A stretch of 59,948 nt of DNA, counting the filler, from Globobulimina sp. (taxonomy: Eukaryota), in the NCBI GenBank assembly GCA_003354225.1. It is 10 parts of 10 records of this genome, joined end to end, with 100 filler letters (N's around TTAATTAATTAA, not from the genome) between each part and the next. Parts side by side here need not be neighbours in the genome. Positions count along the whole stretch, not along the records: positions 1 to 5,917 come from PIVH01000401.1; positions 6,018 to 11,934 come from PIVH01000402.1; 8 more parts are not named here. One strand, written 5' to 3'. Each line of letters opens with the position of its first letter. The first letter of the stretch is position 1. The notes beneath the pieces were generated by a model that saw only the letters and a program-made list of their open reading frames with translations, did no database searches and was not told where the DNA came from. This document shows, piece after piece, positions 1-9,991 of the stretch. The position numbers and the translations under genes are program-made.

Positions 1-1
1 A

Positions 2-1525
2 GAATTTGACAATAAATTATTTTTAAACGTAGTAAAAAATAAAATCAATTTGGATTTTCTAGCAAATTACAAACATCTCCATTTAAATTATCTCTATCAT
101 GACAGCGATCAAAATGGGGAAAATACTAAAAAAACACACTCAAAACTGTTCCAATACATTTTAAAAACAATAATTTCCCAAAGTATATCCAATTTGCGTA
201 CATTGCAAATCACTCCGCGTGTTTGGCGCATCAGTGACTATGCAGTGCGACGAACGGCTGCATTCAATCTGTTGTTATTTATTATGAACGAATTCCATCA
301 GTTACCTCTCACAAATCTGATATGGGACAGTGACATTTTTAAACCATCGCAAAAATTTGGCATTAATGTACTGCAAATTATGGCGCAGATTCAAGCAAAA
401 ATAGTTACACATTTCCCGCAATTAAAGCATTTTGAATTTGGAATTTTGAATTTGGACACTCCTCATGACCCTCAACTATCCACGTTAAGTAACTCCATCA
501 TCATTCCTGTGATTAGCAATTACGATAAATTGGAATCATTGACCTTGAATTGCCCGCTTTGGAATGTGTTGCACAGTCAACACGCATTAATTCCTTTGAT
601 TGCAGCAAAACTGAAGAATTTAAAAACGTTTTCAGTCACTTGTCTTGCAACAGAGACCTGTGCGGACATTGCTATTGATAGCAGTGCGCATTGTATATCT
701 GTGCAAGAATTGAGTGTCACATTGGAGAGAAGTACCAGAGCCGCAAATACATTGCCAAACCTTGACTGCGCAACATACGCTCAACGGATATTAAGCAGAT
801 TATTTTCATGTTTTATTGGAATTCAAATGTTTACGTTTGACTGTGCATATTCATTTGTTAAAGTTGCAATTGATTGGCAACCGGCATTTAAACATTTGTT
901 AAGAAATAAAAGGATTTATGGCGCGAATAACGCGCCAATATCGACATTGCAATCATTGACATTTAAAAGAACGTCATATGAGAATAGTATTAATATTTTG
1001 AAATCATTAACAAATTTAAAACAGGAAATATATTTTGAGTTAAACAAATTTGATATTCAGACACGTTGTACCTGGTCGCGACCCAATTCTATTCCAACTT
1101 TATTTGCTCAATTTGTTGATGTCCATTTTGTTCCATTTATTAAGAATGTTGAGGATGATTTTGAATTAAGTGCAATAAATATATCATTTTATGAGTGTTA
1201 TTTTATTTATGAGGGTTACTTTGAACCAGTTTTGAAATTATTGGACAATATGCCAACATCATTAACTTCATTTAAATTGTTGATGCCATATCAATATAGT
1301 GCCAAATCACGCGGTCAACTTAAAATTCAAGAAACTGAGTGTACCAAATTGGCAAAGAAATTATCTTTGATATTGGCGGGAAAAACTGGCGAAGCAAAAT
1401 TGGAAACCATTGCTTTGGGGAATCTTGAATTATCTACGAAATCAAAGAACTTTTTGCTATTTTATTTTGGATTCAATAACAAATTAATCGTTGAAAATGG
1501 AAAGTATTATTTTAAGTTTGTTTGA
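2..1525 (+). CDS. 5'-truncated protein with degenerate leucine-rich repeats (RNI/F-box-LRR-like)
   Basis: Frame is open from the contig start to TGA at 1525; recurrent LxxLxL motifs (LESLTLNC, LKTFSVTC, LQSLTFK, LTSFKLL). Confidence 0.5.
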   Translation, partial: EFDNKLFLNVVKNKINLDFLANYKHLHLNYLYHDSDQNGENTKKTHSKLFQYILKTIISQSISNLRTLQITPRVWRISDYAVRRTAAFNLLLFIMNEFHQLPLTNLIWDSDIFKPSQKFGINVLQIMAQIQAKIVTHFPQLKHFEFGILNLDTPHDPQLSTLSNSIIIPVISNYDKLESLTLNCPLWNVLHSQHALIPLIAAKLKNLKTFSVTCLATETCADIAIDSSAHCISVQELSVTLERSTRAANTLPNLDCATYAQRILSRLFSCFIGIQMFTFDCAYSFVKVAIDWQPAFKHLLRNKRIYGANNAPISTLQSLTFKRTSYENSINILKSLTNLKQEIYFELNKFDIQTRCTWSRPNSIPTLFAQFVDVHFVPFIKNVEDDFELSAINISFYECYFIYEGYFEPVLKLLDNMPTSLTSFKLLMPYQYSAKSRGQLKIQETECTKLAKKLSLILAGKTGEAKLETIALGNLELSTKSKNFLLFYFGFNNKLIVENGKYYFKFV

Positions 1526-1768
1526 CCTAAATATTACTGACATATATTATTGACAACTATTAAATTTGCATGTAAGCAAATAATAACATCTATAGCATCG
1601 TGTTTTTTTTTTGCATAAGATTTCCTTCAAAAGAGCTTTATTACAATCGATTAAATTAAACAAAAATAACATAAAAAGCAGTATTTATATATAATATGAG
1701 TATGAATATTTCAACAACAAAAAAGAACAACAATAACCAACAAAAACAAAAATATGTATACAGTGTAA

Positions 1769-4672
1769 TCAATGTTCGGCGATAGTTTCCATTATCAAAG
1801 TATTGGCCTTCTTATGTATATTCTGATTATTTTCAACATCTTTTACATTACTAGCTATAGAATGGCTTTGTAGCTCGTTATGTTTTGTAAATCTCATATT
1901 TCTAAAAATTTCATTCACATTTTGATGATGCTGTGTCATACCATTATGTTTTAAAAACGCATTTATTTTGGCTAATTTTGATGTATTTGTTATAGACTTA
2001 GTATTCGAATGCATGCTTAGATCCGTATTCCCATTCTCGTCCTCAATATGTACTGTAAATATGTCTCTCAACGTACCCATAATAGACTTAGTTTTACTTT
2101 GTTCAGAATACTGTGTTCTTAAATAATTCGCTGTCGTATTCATATTTTCCTCATCGACTGGCGTCAAATTCACATTATCAAAATTACTATTTGGAGATCG
2201 AGTATTTGGAGTCAACGGTGCCTGGATGTCATCCTTTGCATCACTTCCATTCTCGTGATAGAAATAATCATCGTACACAACATACGAACCATCATCAGCA
2301 TCGAGATCATTCTCTGCATTTATAGTCGCGAGGTCCAATGCCGGCTTCTCGTGATTTTTGTCGTTAAATTCCTTTGGTATTTGAATCAATGACTGAGTGT
2401 GGGTCAAATCCTCCAATGAGGACATATTCATTTCTTTGCGTGGCTGTGTCGTCGACATATCATACAAAAATACTCTTTTTCGCTGTTTTAATTTCTCAGC
2501 AAGCTCGTCGTCCAATTTTATCTCCATACTATGTCTATTCATATTATGCGACACCGACACGGGATCTGATTGAGCGGTTAATAGGTTTGGTAATTTTTTG
2601 GCTAACTTTACTCGAACTTTTTGTGTTTCCGGCGAATTTGGTGCAGTGCGACTCCGTTGTTTTTGTATTAAATTAGCATCTGATGGCATATCGCCATTAC
2701 TTTGCATATCAATCACTTTAAATTGGGTCTGGCTGCCCGTTCCTTGTATGTTTGCGGTGTCTTCTCCATAGATATCGATGTAACTGCTCATTAAACGAGG
2801 CTCCGAATTAAAATTAATTAATGGCAGAATAGGTTTAGTCAACGTTTCATTTTGCTTTTCGTTTTCTTGTCTGCTTAGGATGGAATCCTTTATTATTTCT
2901 AAAGCTATGTCAGCACCAAACGATATTTGCTTATTTGTTTTCTGTTTCATTTTCAAAATATTGGCATCTTCTTTTAAATCTTTTATTGCTAAATATTTCA
3001 TAAAATAAACAGGCAAAAAACATATATATTCGCATACAAATTAGATCGAAAACACGTTTCCTCACAAACACTTTGCAAAAATCACAGGTACACAAAAACG
3101 ATGTACAATAAACACGGCAACATTCACTTAATTCAAATTCATACCTTTTTGTTTCGCCTTTTCTTTGAACTCCTCCCTAAAGTTCATATTCTCATCGTGG
3201 TCAATCTGAGTGGCTAACTCCTTCACCAAATCTAAGTTAGAGGGCCTGGCCCTCCCTCGAAGCGTCTGTCCAATGGATCTCATTTTGGTGAAAACATCTG
3301 AAATATCTGACCGCACACTAGTGCTATCGGCGTGATTCAGCGACAACGTCGAATTTTGAGCTGTATGGACCTTGCTCGTACTGCTGGATATAACCGGTTT
3401 GAAGTCCCCATTTGACGATTTCTCTGACAATGAATGCAAATGCTGTTCCTGTTCCACTTCCAAATCACGCTCAAACGGGTTATTCAAGTCCATGGTGTGC
3501 AGCATTTCTATATTCAATATCTCATTGTCGGGATCAATGTCCATGTCCAATATTTCAAGCGACATATCGTGACAGGGCAAGCCCATATTGCTGCGATCCA
3601 CGCTGTTATTCAAGGAATGCGCATGAACCACACTGCCAGCGGGTGCATCGGGCACTGCTCCATCCACATCGAGCGCTGCCTTGCTCCACTTCTTCTGAAG
3701 CGTTTGCTGCAAACGATCGAAGATTGATTTCTGGCGATCTCTGATCCATTTACGCTTAGCTCTGCGTTGAATGATCGTACTGCATGGCATGGCGCAGAGA
3801 TGTGAGATGCTGCGACATTTGCATTTGAAAATATACTTTGCAAAGACGCGGTTCTTTGTGAATTGCGCGAAGAATAACAGAGAATTGATGGTCAATAATA
3901 TCGATATGATGCTGGAGTATCCGCATAATACATACGAAGAGTAGCAATATGCAGTGATGACGGAGGAGGTGGCGGATAATATGGACATTTTATAGATTTG
4001 GTTGACTTGCTGTTGCAGAGCTGAATAAGTATCGGAACGGCCAAACTGTTGAAAGTCTGTGTCGCTTAGTATATGGGCATAGGAATCGCGGATTGTGCGA
4101 TGAAAGTAATAGGAGAAATAGGAGACGTTTAATATGTGGAATATGGATAGGAAAACGGTGAGGATTGGGATGATGGTCATAGATAACCAGGAAAGTAATA
4201 AACATATGGCACAATATACAGTAAATGGAATGTTGAGGTGGTATTTGTGAGTGATATCACATACATTGAAATACCGACTGAATGAAAAATATGTTTCCAA
4301 GATGCAGACTGTGCTCAGAAAGAATGTGATGAGGATTTGAGTAAAATCGTTTGCCATAAAAGTAAAATCGAAGAGGGAATTGGTGTAGACGTTGAATGTT
4401 GTGTAGCATGAAGAATATGGGATGAATAAGGTGGACTGCGATGTGCTGATAACGATGCAGGATATTATTGATGTTATTGTTATGTAAATTAGAATTAATG
4501 TCGGGTATATTCCAGCTACTTCCAGGTCACGAATAATCAGCGGACATTTGTAATTGAAGTTGAAATGGTTAATAAAATTAATTACAAATAATATTAGTAA
4601 AATAAATAATAATATGCACACGATGGAGATGCTGAGTTGGTTGTACTGATTGATAACCGCTATTAGTGACAT
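1769..4672 (-). CDS. Multi-pass (about 7TM, GPCR-like) membrane protein with long disordered C-terminal tail; 2 exons (4672-3145, 2988-1769), ~915 aa
   Basis: About 7 hydrophobic segments in the N-terminal 280 aa; a phase-1 intron 3144-2989 (AAAG|GTATGA...TTTAG|CA) joins the two ORFs in frame. Confidence 0.65.
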
Positions 4673-4847
4673 GATCCCTTTGCGAAGTGAGTAGCACACT
4701 TCAAAAAAAACCTTCGTGATATATTGGTGGATACTTTGTTGTTAAAATAAATGTGTTAATTTCCAAAAGGCAGTATTCTAAAGTATGCTGAACGATGCAT
4801 GAGTGCAAGGATACGATGTAATAATTTTGATTTGTACAAAAACAATT

Positions 4848-4990
4848 AAAATACATTATTTCCCCGTACTTTGATTCAGATTCAGAGGGATTATCTTTTA
4901 GATTATCCTCGCACATCAGGGAGATGGTGATAACAATGCATAGGATCTAAAAAGTAATCCCTCCAAACCAAAGTACGGGGAAAGTATTTT
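4848..4990. mobile_element. Short foldback / MITE-like inverted repeat
   Basis: Perfect 15-bp inverted repeat TTTCCCCGTACTTTG (4859-4873) / CAAAGTACGGGGAAA (4969-4983); inner imperfect arms 4885-4903 / 4945-4963; outer AAAATAC/GTATTTT. Confidence 0.5.
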
Positions 4991-5117
4991 GATAAATCAA
5001 CAACAAAACAAACAATGTCACCCATAAAAGTATATTGTTTTTTTTTATGCATAAAACTAATAACAACCCACAATCAAACAATTTGCATAAACCCATAATA
5101 AAATATAGTTATAAAAA

Positions 5118-5864
5118 TTAACGTAAACGTGATCTTTTGATCCATATACAATAAATCATACCAACTGTACACACGCAATGCTGTATGATTGACAATAATA
5201 GCAAATAATATGAGCCCCAAAAAGATATCTGATAAGCCCAATAAATCCAAAATTCTTTCGATTTAAATTTATTATAACGTCCACTCTTTCGATTACGACT
5301 ATTATTGCTTTGCTTAACCTTTTGTAGATTACATTTGCTTGCATCAGAAACAGATGGTACGGTTTTGTTTGAATTTTGTACCAATTTCTGTCTGAGACGC
5401 AAGGTTTTTTTACCGTGAATTAAAAGATTTGCGTCAAACAGCCAGGATATTCTCAATGGAGCGGATGTATTTGGAAAGGAATAATGATCCAAAGATTTAC
5501 CAATCCGATTACGAGAAAGCGTTAATATTCGGAGATTATTGATAGTTTTGTCATTGCTTAATGTGAGCATAGGGGATAGAGAGATATTTGATTTGTATTC
5601 GTATATATGGATATTTTCTGCATTGGACACAATTATTGAATATGTATCTGATTTTGGAACGTTTGTCTCAGTGCTAAATGATATTGCAAAAGATGATGGT
5701 ATGGATGAACCGGTTACGATGAGACTTGCAATATCAGTGACTGTGTTAATTTTGGTAATAATGGTGATATTGTGTCGAGGATCGACGACCGCCGCGTCAT
5801 ATAATATTATTCCATTGGAGAATGGCGCGAAGAGATAGAGAATGCAAAACAAAAACGACAGCAT
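5118..5864 (-). CDS. Hypothetical protein with signal peptide and C-terminal hydrophobic segments
   Basis: 248-aa ATG ORF; N-terminal MLSFLFCILYLFAPFSNG; hydrophobic C-terminus. Confidence 0.55.
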   Translation of the reverse strand: MLSFLFCILYLFAPFSNGIILYDAAVVDPRHNITIITKINTVTDIASLIVTGSSIPSSFAISFSTETNVPKSDTYSIIVSNAENIHIYEYKSNISLSPMLTLSNDKTINNLRILTLSRNRIGKSLDHYSFPNTSAPLRISWLFDANLLIHGKKTLRLRQKLVQNSNKTVPSVSDASKCNLQKVKQSNNSRNRKSGRYNKFKSKEFWIYWAYQISFWGSYYLLLLSIIQHCVCTVGMIYCIWIKRSRLR

Positions 5865-5917
5865 GGTGAAGAACTCTGGTCGAAAAATCCTCTTTGAAGT
5901 AGTCAGTCTCTCACAAT

Positions 5918-6017
5918 NNNNNNNNNNNNNNNNNNNNNNNNNNNNNNNNNNNNNNNNNNNNTTAATTAATTAANNNNNNNNNNNNNNNNNNNNNNNNNNN
6001 NNNNNNNNNNNNNNNNN
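5918..6017. other. Artificial contig linker (N44-TTAATTAATTAA-N44); identical linkers at 11935-12034, 17951-18050, 23959-24058, 29966-30065, 35964-36063, 41961-42060, 47958-48057, 53954-54053
   Basis: Identical 100-nt spacer with stops in all six frames; contig lengths fall from 5917 to 5895 nt. Confidence 0.98.
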
Positions 6018-6537
6018 GTTTGTAAACATGAAAATGTGGAGGAACAAGAGATTAGAGTAGAATTTGTAGCATTTGATATTATTTGGCTGCCAACACACGC
6101 TCCACGACACTCCATATAACAATTTCCGGTATCATTTCTATATTTTTTGTTTGTTACTTTTTGTTTACATTTTTTATGGTTGATTTTTTTTTTAGTATTT
6201 TATATTAGTAATATTACATTTATTATGAATGGATTTCTAGTTTTGAAGCAGTTCCAACGTTGTGAAACCTTGCAGCAAGAATACTATTTAGTATTCTTGC
6301 TTGCAGAATGTAATTTTTCCGAACATGGAATGAAAAAAACATTTAAAACACTATGGTGACAGTACATCAAATAATTATGAATTATGGCCTGCTATACAGC
6401 GATAAAAGTAACATGATTATGACATAATTGCGGCTGGCGGTCTATGTTTAGAAGAATTATGATTATGGCTACATGTTTAAAAGTAATTAATAGCAATTAA
6501 TAAATACTAAACAAACGAACAAACACTATTATCCGTT

Positions 6538-7734
6538 ATGAGTAATCTCAAAGATGCAAAACGTGTACTAACTATCAATTTAAATTCAACAGTGTCCCAA
6601 GTATGCCATTACATAAGAAAGATAAAATTAAAAAATTACACATTTGAAGATTTATTCGAAACTTTCAAAAATGAATGCATTGACGGAAAAGTATTCCTCA
6701 ATCTACAAAAATCTGAATTAAACGAATTAGGCGTATTCAAATTTGGACGAAGGAATTCGTTACATGATCATATCAAAGAATTAAGGAAGTTAGACATCAA
6801 TAAAAATTATGACAAACCAATTACAAATATTATGCGACGCAAATCCAACACAGTTAGCCCACCACCAATCGGCAGCCATTCACAAATGGTAATTGAAGAC
6901 ATGAATCGTCTTTCAATTAACACCAAAATGATAAATGAATGCATAATAAATTCAAGTAATCTTTCATTCGAATTCACGTTTTCTGATGAAATGCTGTTAC
7001 CGGTACCGGCAATATCCGCAAATCCACCAAAATTGTACCCATCCGCTATGAGTATGAGTCCATCCGCTATGCGATCGTGCATTCCTTGTCTGCAAACAAC
7101 AGCAAATGAAGTGGTATTTATTGGTGTTTTTCAAGGCATTAATTTGGCTCAAAAAATATATCTTTTAATGAGCTTTGAAAATATCAAAGAATTTAATGGT
7201 GTGAGTATGTTAAATGTCAAAGAACTGTTAAATGAGTATGAGCCTCGACAATCATTCAAAACATGTCTAAATATCACGAAACGAGTCGATGGTTGGAATG
7301 TTGATGGAGTCTATGTACAATTTAGTGCAATTTGTACATTTACATTTGATTTGTTACAGAACAAAGTAACGTCAATCAAAGCACTTCAAGTGGATGGAAA
7401 AATCAGTAATGTGAATGAGAGAGGTTTGATGTGGGTCAGATGTGCACTCAATGTCGTTGCAGTGGAAAAGGCACAAAATGGGGATGACAATGATGATAAA
7501 TTTGGTAAAATATTGTATGTTAATTTTGCAGACAATCGGAATGATGAATTTGGAGACCATTTCCATGGCTCTTATTTATGTCTTGCGCACTCTGATTCCT
7601 ATTCAAATATGAAAAAGGGAGATGCAGTAAAATGTTGCTTGAAAGTATCATCGAGAGCGGATCCAAAAACTACAGATCATGCAAAGAACGAAAGACAGCG
7701 TTTTGTTCAAACATGGAATGTGGTGCCCCAATAA
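6538..7734 (+). CDS. SAM-domain protein
   Basis: N-terminal FKNECIDGKVFLNLQKSELNELGVFKFGRRNSLHDHIKEL matches the SAM consensus (IDG..LL.L...DL.ELG....G.R..I). Confidence 0.75.
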   Translation: MSNLKDAKRVLTINLNSTVSQVCHYIRKIKLKNYTFEDLFETFKNECIDGKVFLNLQKSELNELGVFKFGRRNSLHDHIKELRKLDINKNYDKPITNIMRRKSNTVSPPPIGSHSQMVIEDMNRLSINTKMINECIINSSNLSFEFTFSDEMLLPVPAISANPPKLYPSAMSMSPSAMRSCIPCLQTTANEVVFIGVFQGINLAQKIYLLMSFENIKEFNGVSMLNVKELLNEYEPRQSFKTCLNITKRVDGWNVDGVYVQFSAICTFTFDLLQNKVTSIKALQVDGKISNVNERGLMWVRCALNVVAVEKAQNGDDNDDKFGKILYVNFADNRNDEFGDHFHGSYLCLAHSDSYSNMKKGDAVKCCLKVSSRADPKTTDHAKNERQRFVQTWNVVPQ

Positions 7735-7971
7735 TTGTTGAAAACAAAAAGTATAATTTAATTACATGTTTGTGTGTTGTGTATATTTATTACCATATAG
7801 TTACCATAATATATTTATTAATCACTTTTTATAAAATTATGACCTAAATAGACATGAGATTTTTCTAAGATTAATCCAGAATATTGCAACAAGGATCGAT
7901 CCATTGTCATCTTTGATCGAACATCAAGGCATAAACTATCAAAGATCCATCAGGTATACATTGAGCTATAA

Positions 7972-8990
7972 TCAATTTCCAATCCATATTTGTGCAGAAG
8001 AAACTGATTCCATTTTTTCCGAGACCACTGCATGAGCGGATCCAGTAATATCATAATTTGTATTTCCTGCAGAATTGAGCATTTCGCAAATAAATCTGGT
8101 ATTATCTGGCGTGTATTCCAGTTCATGCTCCAATCTTTCAGCAGAAATTGTATATAATGCTCCTAATTCAAATACCAAAGGGATGGTACTGTAATAATCT
8201 CGATATTGTTGTTTTTTATTGTTTCCACCGCCCAATCAAATGTTAACTGATAATTTTCTTTTCCTCTGTTGTGTTTTGCGTGTAGTAATTTTTCTTTTAA
8301 CACTTTAAATTGTTCCAAATATTCTGCGTGTTCTGTTTTACACTTCTGACAAAACCAATTGTTGCGGATTACTGCGCATTCTCTGCACAATGCACACTGT
8401 GCATGTTTTTCTTTTTTCTTATTTATAATGGCATTATTGAATGTGATAAAATATTCCATCAAGTTATCCATGTACACCACATCAAAACAGCTCCCTTGAT
8501 TTTATATGGTATCTCTTCAAACAACTGTGGAGTCCATTGTTTCCGAGTGTTAAATTCATGACATATTAATGCAACGTTATATTTGTAATATCCAACACCA
8601 TTATTTAGTCTCTCAAGCGATGCTTTCCAATCACTGTTACTTTTGCATACCATTGGCATATCAGTGTATTAAAGCACATTTCCCTCGTTGAAGGACCCAT
8701 TGTCTTTCCATAAATTCTATTGATAGATCATATCCCGTACACCCATTTTTCTTTAATTTAATGTTGTGTTTGCAAATGACTGCAAGCCTTCTCAAAAATT
8801 CCCTTCTTTTGCTGTAATCCTTACATTGTACGCAATTTCTTGCCTTGCTTTCATGAAACTGTGATACGTCTTTTAGCTCTTTGCATGAACGACATTTTTT
8901 GATTGCAATACTATTAATAGATGATAGAAACCTGTGATTGATTTCTTTCGAAAAGCATTGTATTTTTGAAAATGTACATCTGGAAAACAT
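7972..8990 (-). pseudogene. Frameshifted gene for a CxxC Zn-finger plus tandem His-Me (beta-beta-alpha; HNH/PacI/EndoVII-like) nuclease-like protein
   Basis: Four ORF pieces join via frameshifts near 8668, 8480 and 8215. Repeat 1: YDLSIEFMERQWVLQRGKCA..MPM...DWKASLERLNNGVGYYKYNVALICHEFN. Repeat 2: YQLTFDW...QQYRDYYSTIPL...ISAERLEHELEYTPDNTRFICEMLN. Confidence 0.6.
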
Positions 8991-9015
8991 TATCTTTACT
9001 GAATCCAACTCAACG

Positions 9016-9687
9016 ATGAGTTTTGCTGGTTGTGCAATGTTATGCAGAGAATTTGTTGTCCTCTCGATACCAGTCATACCAGTCATATTATGCATTATTC
9101 AGCCATATGTATGTGAATGGTTTCCATTTTTACCTCTAATTCCATTTTGCATTGGAATAATTGTCGGAGGTTGTGCTTCAACACTAATTGAGAGAATATT
9201 ATTGAGTTTAATTTTTTGCACCTATAATGCAATCATACTGTATCCAATATCTATTCCTTTCTACATCATTCCATATCATTGGTGGTTATTAGTGAGTTAT
9301 TCTCCAATGTTTATTCACGTCGATCGATATCAGACTCTATTGAATATTGATGTAAATACAGTAGCAAATAAATTATGGTTTAGATTATGGAGCAGCTTAT
9401 TTTGGAATCCACCGCTATTGTTAGCATATAAAATTGTGTCGTATTTCAATGGGCAATTATCACCACCATTGGTGTCAATTATTGATGAAAATATATGTGT
9501 CGGCTGTCTACCATTGACGGAAAAACATGTGACCCGATTATACAATGCGCCGTATAATATTCGGGGTGTAATCAACATGTGTTCTGAAGCTGTTGGACCA
9601 ATTGCTTTATATCAAAAATATAATATACGGTATACACAGTTCAAAACATTGGATGCTTCAAATTGCACTGTAATGACGGGATGGTAG
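9016..9687 (+). pseudogene. Truncated PTPMT1-like dual-specificity phosphatase with N-terminal TM segments; catalytic CX5R loop missing
   Basis: IIDENICVGCLP...IRGVINMCSE...KYNIRYTQFKTLD resembles the PTPMT1-type DSP N-half; similarity ends abruptly at ~9655 before any HCxxGxxR. Confidence 0.6.
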
Positions 9688-9991
9688 CAAACTGTGTCTT
9701 GCATTGTAACACAAAGTGATTCTGTATGTCGTACGCTATAATTATAAGGTTGATATGCAACAAATGAATTGTTAAATATTGTGTTGTTGTTTATTGTGAT
9801 ATTATGTGATTGACATTCTGTCGGTATTGTGGGTGTTGACTGGGAATATGTTGAATTTTGTGGTTGAGGCATGTCATTGCAACATTTATCGCTTTCATAA
9901 ATGTGTTGGTTTCGCCAACATCACATCCTTTCTGTCGAACATATAAAATATTACTACTTGAATATTGTGTAATGATTGGCGAAGTTGATGA

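Noticed and set aside
6018-6400. Cys-rich coding-like fragment on the minus strand at the contig start
   Set aside because: Short, stop-interrupted and cut by the contig edge; no gene model can be supported.
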